A DNA stretch of 64,000 nt, from contig JAVLKG010000018.1 of the NCBI GenBank assembly GCA_032128875.1, positions 12,935-76,934 of the forward strand. The letters are read 5' to 3'. The translations under genes were made by a program, and so were the position numbers. This document shows positions 1 to 9,778 of this stretch, in pieces. The DNA comes from Candidatus Melainabacteria bacterium 17Bon1m (GTDB taxonomy: Bacteria; Cyanobacteriota; Vampirovibrionia; Obscuribacterales; Obscuribacteraceae). The notes under the pieces were generated by a model that saw only the letters and a program-made list of their open reading frames with translations, was not told where the DNA came from and did no database searches. The number at the start of each line of letters is the position of its first letter. Position 1 is the first letter of the stretch.

Positions 1-57
1 GCGGCTGGGAAATCAACTCGCGTGGGAAGTAGGCGGTTGGGAAGATTCCCATCCGAA

Positions 58-91
58 TTTCAAAACATTTTGAAAATTCGCCACTTACTAT
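58..91 (+). promoter_or_regulatory. Degenerate direct-repeat promoter (TTTCAA-aacat-TTTGAA-N11-TACTAT)
   Basis: Same 6-5-6-11-6 geometry as the TTTGAY boxes elsewhere; lies just upstream of ORF 127 (RBS AAGGAG). Confidence 0.5.
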
Positions 92-126
92 CCTCGTGTC
101 GGTAGGGCGCAAGGAGCGCGATTCTA

Positions 127-780
127 ATGAGTTTTGAACAAGGTTTTAAAAGTGACAGTGGCTGTGTATCTTCACCATCCATGATTCATGAAGCGATGGA
201 TCATGTGAAGACGACCTGGTCGAATGTGCTGCATGGAAAAGCGTCAACAACTGAATATCTTGAAGCTGCTGCAGAAGTGATTGTTGTTGCGGCAGGAGCG
301 ATCGCTCTAAAACAAGGAGGCAAGATGCTTGCCTCGCGCTTCGGGGCTTCGGAAGACATTGTTGCTCGACAAATTCGCCAAAATTACGAGACAATGCGTG
401 AGACAGAGAGAGCTGTCGTCAAGGAAATTAGAGCGGCAGCAAAGGCCAATGCTGAGTATCTTAAAACAGCAAAAAGAACCCCTGACGGCGCAATTATTGT
501 TGACTGGATGCCTGGCCAATGGACTGTGAGTAGTGGACCTGGGAACACATTCGGGCTTGGGCAGCCGTCTGCGTATGACAAAGTCAAACTTGCGGCCACC
601 CAACGATCGGACTTTGCAAATATTCCGAGTGATTCGGCGCTGTTCAAACTGCGAACTGTAGCCGCCGATGCAGTGAAGTATAAGGACAAGGACAATCTGG
701 CAATGCACTCAGGAGTTGGACAGGGTTTGTTGTCTGCGTTGAGTAGCAATCCTCCATCAAAGTTGAAAATATCAGGCTAA
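127..780 (+). CDS. Hypothetical protein with one hydrophobic segment
   Basis: 217 aa ORF, AAGGAG RBS, polar N-terminus then AAAEVIVVAAGAIAL. Confidence 0.75.
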   Translation: MSFEQGFKSDSGCVSSPSMIHEAMDHVKTTWSNVLHGKASTTEYLEAAAEVIVVAAGAIALKQGGKMLASRFGASEDIVARQIRQNYETMRETERAVVKEIRAAAKANAEYLKTAKRTPDGAIIVDWMPGQWTVSSGPGNTFGLGQPSAYDKVKLAATQRSDFANIPSDSALFKLRTVAADAVKYKDKDNLAMHSGVGQGLLSALSSNPPSKLKISG

Positions 781-839
781 TTCCAGGACAAACCAGACCA
801 GGTTCTGTACACTAAAAGACACTTCCGGCTCGAAAGTGT

Positions 840-1637
840 TTGCGCGTGAAAACCATAGAAAAAGTTGTTGCACTGGCTCTTCTTTTGTGTGGTTTCAGCC
901 CGCTTTACCTCAATCCGGCTCTTGCGCAACTACAATCCACAAAAGAGCGCTTGACCGAAACGGACTTGGCAAAGGAAAAAAAATCACGCACCGCACAGCC
1001 GCCTAGGGCGAGTTATTCACGCCTTCTTGATACTTCGGTTGCGCTCTCTCGTGAATATCTGGATAAAAACATCCACGTTTGTAGCTTGTCAATTCAGCGC
1101 AATCCTAATTACGTTGAAGGGTACATGGTCCGTGGTTTGAGTTATTGGCGACTTGAGGATTCAGCGCATGCAAGTTGCGATTTAGAAAAAGCCTTCAGCC
1201 TCTCTCCGAATTTAGCAACGCCAGAGATGCTGCGCATCTTGGCAGAGTGCTTTGCGGAAGAAAACAAAAATGAGAAAGCGATAAAAGCGCTGACCACCGC
1301 AATTAACATGGGGAATCCAACAGGTTTGTTATATTTGCGCCGCGCTCAAGCCTATTCCCAGGCGAAAAACTTTGAGTCTGCGTTTCAAGATGCGCAAAAG
1401 GTCGTTGCGATGAATCCCCATAAGAGGTGGGCGCTAGAGTTGAGAGGGCATTTGGGCATGAGTGCCGGCAAGTATGCGCTTGCTGCTCGTGACTTCACTG
1501 AATGCATAAAACTTTCACCAGAGGAAGGCAAGCTCTATGCGAATAGAGCAAATGCGTATGACGCGCTAGGTAAGAAAAGTGAAGCGCTTGCAGATAGGAA
1601 AAAACGTGATTCGCTGAATTCTGTTTTGGGCTATTGA
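840..1637 (+). CDS. Tetratricopeptide repeat protein, probably exported
   Basis: N-terminal signal-like segment; TPR motifs (YMVRGLSYWRL, YLRRAQAY, YANRANAYDALG). Confidence 0.85.
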   Translation: MRVKTIEKVVALALLLCGFSPLYLNPALAQLQSTKERLTETDLAKEKKSRTAQPPRASYSRLLDTSVALSREYLDKNIHVCSLSIQRNPNYVEGYMVRGLSYWRLEDSAHASCDLEKAFSLSPNLATPEMLRILAECFAEENKNEKAIKALTTAINMGNPTGLLYLRRAQAYSQAKNFESAFQDAQKVVAMNPHKRWALELRGHLGMSAGKYALAARDFTECIKLSPEEGKLYANRANAYDALGKKSEALADRKKRDSLNSVLGY

Positions 1638-4618
1638 AGATGAACCGCGCTGCTCGTCCGTTACCGAGATACAGACCCTCTGTTTTTCGGCATGGCTTGC
1701 TTTTGGTTTTGATACCGGGCATTTTGAGCAGTATTTTCCTTATTGCGCTCAATCAATTTTGGATGGCGACATCTACCGTTGCTCGAGAAGAGCAGGTACA
1801 CAGCAACTCTGTGTTGGATATAGCCATAAGCTTCAATGCCCTTGTCACCTACTGCTACGACATCATGACTCTCAGCTTTGATCGCGTTCTGAGTTTGGAA
1901 CAGCGCACAGAGACGGACAAAAAGGCGTTTCTGATTTCGCTTGAGCGAATTGATAAAACGAAGAAAGACAGCAAAAAGGAAATTGCCTTTGACAATTTTC
2001 GAAACTACGCATTAATGCTGAAAGCGCATGCAGAGAAGCTTTCGGAGCAAATGTCCAATGAGAGTTTTGATAGTAATATCAACAGATTCATTCGATATAA
2101 AGGGCTGATGGCTAAAGGTGTTGCACTGGCAGAGTCGCTCAGCAATTTTTTTCGGGACGAAACTGAGGAGTTGAAAGAGTTACGACAACAGCTGCAAGTG
2201 CGAAGAAATGAACTCAACCTTGTATCAGCATTCGGGATACCAGCGATTTTTTTTGCATCGCTTCTATCCCTATATATTTTTGCCAGAAGCATTTTTTTGC
2301 GAATAAGAGCGCTTGCTGCAAGCGCCTCAGCCTTTCCTAATCTGCCGGAGCGAAGGCGCTCAGAAGCAGTTTTAGACGAGTTTGGTTATGTTGATGAGGT
2401 AATTTCCGAAGCAGCCGAAGACCTTCGGAATGCCTCTGAGCGGCGTCAGGCATTCGTCCAGATGCTAGCTCACGATATGCGGTCTCCCCTTATGGCTACG
2501 CAGGTCTATGTAGATGTTCTGCAAGAGATGCATCATGTGAACCTGTCTGAGCAAGGAAGGCAAATGTGTAGGTCGGTCAAAGATAATCTCACAAATGTGC
2601 ACGATTTCGTTACTGACTTGCTTACCGCCGAAAAGCTTGAATGTGAGCCCATCGAGCTGAGCTTGATCGAGCTCTCTCTGAATAACCTCGTTGATGATGC
2701 GCTGGGCTCTGTAATGGAGCCGGCCGACGAGAAAGACGTCGCCATTGAGTATGACGGCGCTGAGGTATTTGTCCGCGCGGACAGGGAGTATCTTTTGCAG
2801 GCGCTTGTTTGTTTTCTGAAAGCCGTACTGCAAGCGGCGCCGCACGGTAGCATCATTTCCTTGCTTACCTCCATTCACGAAGGCAATGTTACCTTGACCT
2901 TCGCCGCTTCGTGCGACAGTGATGAGGAAATTGAAGATCTGTTCGATCCTCTGCTCGCGCTGGGAAATGACAATTCTTTTCAAATATCCGGCTGTGGACT
3001 GAATTTAAGGATTGGGCGTTTGATCGCCGAGGCACATTCGGGCAGTGTGGGTGGAAGGAAAACCTCACAAACTCATCGAGATTTGTGGCTGAAATTGCCC
3101 TTGCCTGAATCGCGAGCAGTGCTCAAAACTGGTTCAAGCAGTGCAGATTCGTCATCCACCATGCTTGGCTATGGCTGGCGCGATCTTCTGAGCTCCTACA
3201 GCTTTCGCAATTGTGCTCTGGTTTTTCTTGCCGCTCTTATCCTTCAGTCTGTGTGGATTTTATGGCTGGGCAGTCGAATCGAAGAAGCGCGAAAGTTGTC
3301 TGTTCAAGCGGCACGCCAAACGGATACGGTCTTTGGTTTGAACAAATTATGGTTAGATCTGTTTCTCGCCAATAATGCAATGGGCTTTTATCTTGCGACC
3401 AAAGACCAGGCTAATCGAGTTCTTGCCAAGGAAAATTTAAAGAGCGCTGAAGAACTGGTCGGTTCACTGAATCAGCTCTTTTACGGCAGAGCCGAAGAGT
3501 CTGGAACTTGGTCTGATGTTCGATCTTTTGTTTTAGAAGAACTTTCCGCATTGAAGAGCATGGATGCACAGAGTGAAGAAGAACAAGTGGCCGCGGACCT
3601 CGGCATTCTTGGAAGGCGAATTGAACGCGCCAGCGAATTGAATGCACTCATGCACACTCTGAGCGACTTTGAGTTGGGGCGTCTTAACTCGATGCGTCTC
3701 AAGCAAGGCAATTTGCGCGAAAGATTTCAGAGCATCATCTTGCTTGCTGTTTTCAGCAATTTACTTACAACCTTGGGATTGCTTTGGCTCTTTAGCCGCA
3801 CCATCTCGTTTAGATTGGACATGCTGGTAAAAGTCGCCAGGCAAATTCCTTCTCGTCTGCCAATTAATCAGATGATCAGCGGAAAGGACGAGATTTATCA
3901 GATTTATTGGCTTCTATGCAGGGCTGCGCTGAATTTGAAGGATGCTTTTGACCAACGCAAAGTGATGATGAATTTGCTGTCCGCCAATATCGGAAAGCCG
4001 CTGGCCAGCGTGCAGGCAGACCTTTCCAGGCTTAGCGAAATTCTGCCGGACGACATCTCGGAGAAGAGTCGCGTCAATCTAAAGTCGGCAAGCGAAAATA
4101 TCAAACGGCTTCTTGCCCTTGTTGAAGACTTACTCTTGCTGGACGAGTTGGAGCTCGGCGATTTAAGAATCGAAAAGAGTTTGTGTTCCGCTCACGAGAT
4201 TGTAGATGCATCCATAAATTCCGTGGGAGGAATAGCCCTCAGGAAAGACATCACCATAGTCAATGAATGTGCTGAGTTTGAGATCGAAGCGGATAGAAAG
4301 CGGCTTATCCAGGTGTTGGTCAATTTGCTAGGCAACGCAGTCAAATTCTCACCGAGAAATTCGCGCATCCGCGTCGAAGGAGGGCTGTACGACGGGAAGT
4401 TTCGTATCGCGGTGGCGGATGAAGGTCCGGGTATCAGCAAGGAAGACCTGGACAAAGTTTTTGCTCGCTTTTATCAAATGCAGGAGCACAAGAAGCAGGG
4501 CTTCGGTCTCGGGCTGTCCATTTGCGTTTTAATAGTGCGCTCTCACGGCGGTGAGATAACAGCTGAGAGTGAAGTCGGCAAGGGAAGCAAATTCATTCTT
4601 ACTCTGCCTGTGAGCTGA
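1634..4618 (+). CDS. Tandem (duplicated) membrane sensor histidine kinase
   Basis: Two TM-sensor-TM-HAMP-DHp-CA modules; H-box AHDMRSP in module 1; intact N/G1/G2 boxes (NLLGNAVKFS, DEGPGI, GFGLGLSIC) in module 2. Confidence 0.9.
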   Translation: MKMNRAARPLPRYRPSVFRHGLLLVLIPGILSSIFLIALNQFWMATSTVAREEQVHSNSVLDIAISFNALVTYCYDIMTLSFDRVLSLEQRTETDKKAFLISLERIDKTKKDSKKEIAFDNFRNYALMLKAHAEKLSEQMSNESFDSNINRFIRYKGLMAKGVALAESLSNFFRDETEELKELRQQLQVRRNELNLVSAFGIPAIFFASLLSLYIFARSIFLRIRALAASASAFPNLPERRRSEAVLDEFGYVDEVISEAAEDLRNASERRQAFVQMLAHDMRSPLMATQVYVDVLQEMHHVNLSEQGRQMCRSVKDNLTNVHDFVTDLLTAEKLECEPIELSLIELSLNNLVDDALGSVMEPADEKDVAIEYDGAEVFVRADREYLLQALVCFLKAVLQAAPHGSIISLLTSIHEGNVTLTFAASCDSDEEIEDLFDPLLALGNDNSFQISGCGLNLRIGRLIAEAHSGSVGGRKTSQTHRDLWLKLPLPESRAVLKTGSSSADSSSTMLGYGWRDLLSSYSFRNCALVFLAALILQSVWILWLGSRIEEARKLSVQAARQTDTVFGLNKLWLDLFLANNAMGFYLATKDQANRVLAKENLKSAEELVGSLNQLFYGRAEESGTWSDVRSFVLEELSALKSMDAQSEEEQVAADLGILGRRIERASELNALMHTLSDFELGRLNSMRLKQGNLRERFQSIILLAVFSNLLTTLGLLWLFSRTISFRLDMLVKVARQIPSRLPINQMISGKDEIYQIYWLLCRAALNLKDAFDQRKVMMNLLSANIGKPLASVQADLSRLSEILPDDISEKSRVNLKSASENIKRLLALVEDLLLLDELELGDLRIEKSLCSAHEIVDASINSVGGIALRKDITIVNECAEFEIEADRKRLIQVLVNLLGNAVKFSPRNSRIRVEGGLYDGKFRIAVADEGPGISKEDLDKVFARFYQMQEHKKQGFGLGLSICVLIVRSHGGEITAESEVGKGSKFILTLPVS

Positions 4619-4640
4619 TTGTCACAGAGAGAGACTTTGC

Positions 4641-5318
4641 TCATTTAGTGGCTTCAATCGTATAGCCGGAGCCAAGAACAGTCTTTACGAAGTCTTCTTT
4701 TCCTATCTTGGCTAATTGCTGACGCAAAGTGCCCATCCAGGTTCGCACCGAATTGGTTGTGCCATTGCTTTCCGACGTCCACACAGCATCCAGCAAATTT
4801 TGAGCAGTAAAGGTTTTGTTCGGATGCCGCATCAAATACTCTAAGAGCGCGCATTCTTTGGCTCTCAATTTGACCTCTTTTCCGTCTGCCTTAGCCAATC
4901 GCTGTTCGGGCAACAATTCCAGTCCATCGATGTTGAGGTTTTCTACAAATTGAGTCGAGACTCTGCGCAAAAGCCCTTTCAGCCGAGCTGTCAATTCGCG
5001 AATATCGAAAGGTTTAACCATGTAGTCGTCAGCCCCAGAGTTGAAGCCGGTTTCTAAAAAGGAAATATCGTTTCTGCCGGTGAGAAACATAACCGGCGTG
5101 CTACCGCCGCGAGATCGATAAAGCCTGCAAAGCTCATCGCCCTCTATACCTGGCAGTCCCCAATCAAGCACAATAACGTCGTATTGAAAGTTTTTCAGCA
5201 GCTGTATTGCATCTTCGCCAGTGGCGGCTGTTTCAACCGTATGACCCTGCAACACCAGAAAGTTTTGCACTGCGTTGCAAAGCTCGAGATCATCATCAAC
5301 AAGAAGAATTTTGGCCAC
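4641..5318 (-). CDS. OmpR/PhoB-family response regulator
   Basis: Receiver (LLVDDD, LDWGLP, GADDYMVKPF) plus winged-helix C-terminus (KTVLGSGY). Confidence 0.95.
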   Translation of the reverse strand: MAKILLVDDDLELCNAVQNFLVLQGHTVETAATGEDAIQLLKNFQYDVIVLDWGLPGIEGDELCRLYRSRGGSTPVMFLTGRNDISFLETGFNSGADDYMVKPFDIRELTARLKGLLRRVSTQFVENLNIDGLELLPEQRLAKADGKEVKLRAKECALLEYLMRHPNKTFTAQNLLDAVWTSESNGTTNSVRTWMGTLRQQLAKIGKEDFVKTVLGSGYTIEATK

Positions 5319-5579
5319 TGTGCTAAAGCCTCAATCGGCGACAGGTTTATGTTATCAAACTGTTTTGCCCAGGCAGGTTTTTTGTTGTGCATTAATGAAA
5401 AATCGGTTCTTTTTGTCCGGTTTCTAATCGGAACCCAAAGTCGAAGCGCTCTGCCAGCCGAAGCTCTCAGTCAGCCTGGGTTGTAAAGGTTGGCACCTTG
5501 AGGTAATCAGTCACAAGAACGACGTTTTGCAATGAGAGCGCTGCCATTATCTGCCAAACAGCTTGGCGGGTGGGGCATT

Positions 5580-6941
5580 ATGGCATCAAAGGGAATCAAA
5601 TTACTGTCGTTATCAATGGCAGCATCGGTGGCATTTTCAACCTTGACACCGGTGTCGGGACAGGAAGTTGCTACAGATGTAGAGTTGCGCGGCAGCGCTT
5701 CGCATGGTAGCGATGTGTCGTCGCTCGAAGGGATAGACCGTAAAATACTTGCAAAGGAAATGGAGCTTTTGCGGTTGAACGCTGAGTTTCGAACGCACTA
5801 TCTGGGTCCGCAGAAGTGGAAAAAGCGGCGGCAAAAATTTTATGATGCCACAGGTGGTGCCATTGCCAATGCCGGCGACGTTACTTTGATGAGCCAGTTT
5901 TACCGATATTGGAAAAACCCTGGGGACGGGCTAGCTCACAAGGGGCGTCTGGAAGCTGGTCCAATTATTGTTATGGTCGCATACCTCACCTTGGGCGGCT
6001 TATATGCAGCTGAAGGAGCTTATGATCTCGTGTCCGATTACCGATCGACGCGCAAAGGAATGGACGCGCATTCCGTCTACAAGCGGGCTTTTGCCCTAAA
6101 GGGCGAAATGGACAGTCTACTCACTGAGAGAAATCAGACTGCCGGAGGCACATCTCAGTCTGTAGTCAGCCTTGCTGAAGAGAAGGTATTGAGAGATATC
6201 AGGGACCTGGCATTGCTGGAATTTTCGCGGGTTTATGTTGATTCGAGGAAGTTGAAGGCGACTCGAGATCTAACTACTCTCGGCACCATCGCAGTTTGTG
6301 GCACTGGAGCATTTCCCGGCGCGCTAGGTGTCGTCAGAGGGCTGAGAAATATCAATCTCAAGCAGGTGGGAGGCGGTGGGATAGGTTTTCTCATCTCCGG
6401 AAGCACTCTCACGGCAGCGCCTGTTTTAATTCACGGCGGAGCTTATATCACAGGCAAGATTTCCGCCGCCAAGTTGGAAAAAGCCTTAGCGGATGCAAAC
6501 GTCAAATCCGCCGCAACCCTAGATAAAGACATTCGCCGCCTGGTGCAAGTGGGCGGCTCGGACAATCAGAATTACACCGCATTTTCAAAATTGCTTGCCG
6601 ATCGGCAAAAATTACTGGATAAAGAGAAAAATAGACACAAGTGGGAGGTTCTGGAAAGCTTGGCCTCATATGCCGCTAAAGGCGGGCCGCAAATTGCTTT
6701 TGGAACAATGCTAACGAGAGCCGGATATAAATACTACACAGATCCTGTTAACGCTTTTCGTGGAGTTGCACGTTCTGCCGTTGTAAATGAGGTGAGCTGG
6801 GGCAACTGGATGCTTGATGTCGTGCAAAAAGGAACTCGAGACGAGATCTATAATTTTAGGCAAGGCAAGATCGCACCGGCTGATGCTCCATTCAGCTTGA
6901 AAAACACGGATCTTGTGCAATTGGAGAACACATTAAAATAG
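5580..6941 (+). CDS. Hypothetical exported/membrane protein
   Basis: Long ORF; signal peptide-like MASKGIKLLSLSMAASVAF; Gly-rich hydrophobic segments; start could be 5532. Confidence 0.75.
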   Translation: MASKGIKLLSLSMAASVAFSTLTPVSGQEVATDVELRGSASHGSDVSSLEGIDRKILAKEMELLRLNAEFRTHYLGPQKWKKRRQKFYDATGGAIANAGDVTLMSQFYRYWKNPGDGLAHKGRLEAGPIIVMVAYLTLGGLYAAEGAYDLVSDYRSTRKGMDAHSVYKRAFALKGEMDSLLTERNQTAGGTSQSVVSLAEEKVLRDIRDLALLEFSRVYVDSRKLKATRDLTTLGTIAVCGTGAFPGALGVVRGLRNINLKQVGGGGIGFLISGSTLTAAPVLIHGGAYITGKISAAKLEKALADANVKSAATLDKDIRRLVQVGGSDNQNYTAFSKLLADRQKLLDKEKNRHKWEVLESLASYAAKGGPQIAFGTMLTRAGYKYYTDPVNAFRGVARSAVVNEVSWGNWMLDVVQKGTRDEIYNFRQGKIAPADAPFSLKNTDLVQLENTLK

Positions 6942-6962
6942 CTTTGAAGCCAGATTTGAAGG

Positions 6963-7010
6963 CAAAAGTGCGCTGCAGTCATTGCAGCGCACTTTGATTT
7001 CCCCTTTTTT
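6963..7010 (+). terminator. Intrinsic terminator
   Basis: aaagtgcgctgca / tgcagcgcacttt stem followed by a T-rich tract. Confidence 0.8.
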
Positions 7011-7144
7011 GAATTGTTTAATAGTCACATAGGGCATTCGCCAATCTGACTCTTGGATTTTCATCTCACCGGCCTGATTGAGTTGGTTCTGCTAGATAAG
7101 CGCCCTGACCTTTATCGCCTCAGGTTAGCGGACCGGAAAGAAAA

Positions 7145-7161
7145 TTTGATGCAGATTTGAC
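7145..7161 (+). promoter_or_regulatory. TTTGAY direct-repeat box (no clear -10)
   Basis: TTTGAT-gcaga-TTTGAC. Confidence 0.45.
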
Positions 7162-7830
7162 TTTTAGCGGCACCACCGATAGTGGCGAAGCGCGGCTTCA
7201 TCACAGGAAAGCAAATGAATGCTTGACTAGTGGGCGGATTTTTCTGCATTCTTGAAAAAAAGAAGTTTCATTTGACGATAGAGGTTTGGTAACTAACCCC
7301 GGCTATGTGAGCAGTACTTTTTCGCGGATTTTCAGGCATTTGAGTGTGCCGCAGAATTGTCGGCACGAAAACAGGCTCAAAGGCAAAGGTCTTGCAGGCG
7401 GTCACCATCCTCATGATGGTGGCCAGCACCAGGCGAATTACTACATCGGTGTCACACTCAGGCAATTCACCGAAGCGATCAATTCTCGGGCGGCGACGCC
7501 CTCTTGATCTGGGACGGGCGGATGAGCGCCTCTCTATCTGGGAGCCGTATTTTGAAAAACGCAAGCACGCATGCGAAGGAGAAGGCAAATGACACTTAGC
7601 GATGCGCCGGACGACAAGGTGGTCGAGGCGTACTGACTAGGATTCAGAGCTGACCGCTTTCTGGGCTATTTCGAGAGAGGCACCGGCGCGAAACCACGCG
7701 TGCCGGTGTTTGCGCCGTAGTGAGCGTCGTCGGCGCGCATATTCCTTTTTTTCGCGGCTGACACAGGCGACTGTGGTCGGTCTCAACAAGCAAGTGTGCG
7801 TCGTTCGACGCAATCAGAAAGGATCATGGT

Positions 7831-8106
7831 ATGACAATCATCATGGCAAAATTTATCGTCTCCTCCGTTCTCGGCTTCGCCTTCGGTTTCGTGAGCTTCA
7901 AGGGTGGGGGTGAAAACCCGCTGGGCCCGGTTTGGTTCGGTGCCTTTGTTTTGTCCGTCGTGGCATTCGTGGCTGCAGCCCTAATCTTTGTTTTCGGGCA
8001 AGAACTTCCGTGGGCGTCATTCGGCTTGATCGAGTGGCTCTTCATTGTCATGGACATCGGTTATCTGCTAGGCGGGATGACCGCCGGGATGATCGACCAA
8101 CGTTGA
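7831..8106 (+). CDS. Small membrane protein
   Basis: 91 aa, about three hydrophobic helices, AAAGGA RBS. Confidence 0.65.
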   Translation: MTIIMAKFIVSSVLGFAFGFVSFKGGGENPLGPVWFGAFVLSVVAFVAAALIFVFGQELPWASFGLIEWLFIVMDIGYLLGGMTAGMIDQR

Positions 8107-8330
8107 GGCGCAAGCAACTCAGTGCGCATTCGCACTCTGTCTGAAATGCGCGCAGTGCTTTAGTCTTACCGGGAGCGCTTGCTGCAGTCCGAACAGCCAA
8201 TCCGGCAGTTTTGCATTGCAGTAAGCCGCTCTCGGCATTTGTCTTTTTACCTGTTTGTGCTGAAATTCTGCCGAAACCGGCCTGTTTGAAGAGGTTGCGC
8301 TAGCAGATGAGTGAATTGGAGTTTGTTTCG

Positions 8331-8364
8331 TTTGATGATAATTTGACAGCTCGCGCGATATAAA
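8331..8364 (+). promoter_or_regulatory. TTTGAY direct-repeat promoter
   Basis: TTTGAT-gataa-TTTGAC-N11-TATAAA. Confidence 0.65.
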
Positions 8365-8369
8365 CGATT

Positions 8370-8454
8370 CACGAGTTGCGCGCAGGCAAATGAACGCGCT
8401 GTCGTTTTGAAGAGAGTGATACTACCAGTGGTGTGTCGTCTCTTCCTTTGCTTC
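8370..8454 (+). ncRNA. Candidate small RNA
   Basis: Between the promoter motif and hairpin gaagaga...tctcttc with pyrimidine tail; no ORF with a good RBS. Confidence 0.3.
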
Positions 8455-8962
8455 GCTGATTATATCTGCAAAGCCAAATTTGCGTTGGAAAAAACATAAT
8501 TGATATGCTGCTCGGAAGAAAAATCCGGGCCTTTCGTGCTATTGTAATGGTATCGCATATGGTGGCGCTGCGCTATCCTTGAAGCGTGTTAAAAGGTTCG
8601 GCGTCCGGCTTTTGAAGCCTGCCTGCACTCCGGTCGGAAGCTGCCGTCGGTTGTGAGATTCGCGTAAGCATTGCCAGTTTTATATGGCGTTTTTTCTTGG
8701 TGGATTTCGTTACCTGATGCTTGACTGCGGCGCTGCGCGGCATTCAAAGTGTTGATATCAATGTTCTTTTCCTTTTCTGCAAACAGGTGAAATTTCTGGC
8801 TTAACGCCGCATTCGCCGCAACATCTAAGTATCTTTCGCCGCACACTTCGTGCGCTGATGAAAGTCGACATGCAGTTCAGGTAGCTTTGCTCAATGCCAG
8901 TCTCTCTATTTCAGGCTGGTATCGAGCAGCGCTATGCGTTGCGAAGAACCGAGAGGTTGTTC

Positions 8963-9268
8963 ATGCTCAACACTGATACAGTTATGCGACTCATGCACAG
9001 GGCTCTTTTTGGAAAGGAATCGTGCGTCCTTTTCGTCGGCATAAAATTATTCGGTGCATTTTTCCAACTCGCCGGCGCTGCATCATTGGAAGCCGCTCTA
9101 TGGTCTGCAATCCCCTGGTTGGGATCGCTTTTCGTGGACGTCATCTGGTATACGACACCGGTGTTGTTGAAGAAAATAGCGCCGCTGATTCGACTGCCGA
9201 CGGTACCCTGGCGTGATAGTGCAATGTCAGTGATGGCGCGGCTTCGGCTGCGCTTCTCATTTGCTTAA
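8963..9268 (+). CDS. Hypothetical membrane protein
   Basis: GAGAGG RBS before ATG 8963; hydrophobic stretches; followed by hairpins. Confidence 0.5.
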   Translation: MLNTDTVMRLMHRALFGKESCVLFVGIKLFGAFFQLAGAASLEAALWSAIPWLGSLFVDVIWYTTPVLLKKIAPLIRLPTVPWRDSAMSVMARLRLRFSFA

Positions 9269-9269
9269 G

Positions 9270-9365
9270 GCAGAAAGGGAGGACGAATTTTCGTCCTCCC
9301 TCTGCTCAAGCTTTGCTGAATGCGCAGGAGAAGAAGTCTCAATCTGCGCATTCAGGAAAGCTTGA
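9270..9365 (+). other. Two adjacent long intergenic hairpins
   Basis: gggaggacgaa/ttcgtcctccc (9277-9300) and tcaagcttt-ctgaatgcgcag.../...ctgcgcattcag-aaagcttga (9306-9365). Confidence 0.75.
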
Positions 9366-9410
9366 CTTTCCTGTTGTTGAAGCTCATCACCTGAAGAAGG
9401 AGTTTTGCGA

Positions 9411-9632
9411 ATGAAGACAAACGTGCGCGCTTGGCTCGTCGGCGAATTTGATTTTCGCTGCGCTCAGCTGGTTTTATACGTGCTTCTTAGCGTGTATGCC
9501 GGGTGGGTTTGTACGCCGAGCTTCCCGTTCGGCTTTTGGCAAGGGTTGAGCTTGCTGCTAGTCGTGGCGGCATTGGCACTGCTGTGTGCGAGTGCTTGCC
9601 GCGGTTTGACTGCCTCGGCAACAAAAAAGTGA
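9411..9632 (+). CDS. Small two-TM membrane protein
   Basis: AAGGAG RBS; two hydrophobic helices. Confidence 0.6.
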   Translation: MKTNVRAWLVGEFDFRCAQLVLYVLLSVYAGWVCTPSFPFGFWQGLSLLLVVAALALLCASACRGLTASATKK

Positions 9633-9778
9633 ATGCGTGTCCCAAACAAATTGAGGACCATGCTTAGCTCGGCTTCGGTCGAGTTGAAACCGCAGTCCGT
9701 GACGCCACCGTCAGTGGTGTTGAACGGTGCTGCAATCTGGCAAATAGGGCGCATGTGCCCTGAAAACGGAGAATTGTC

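Noticed and set aside
6943-6960. Extra TTTGAA direct repeat (similar cases at ~34785 and 61291)
   Set aside because: 12-bp period and no -10 at the expected distance, so not counted in the regulon.
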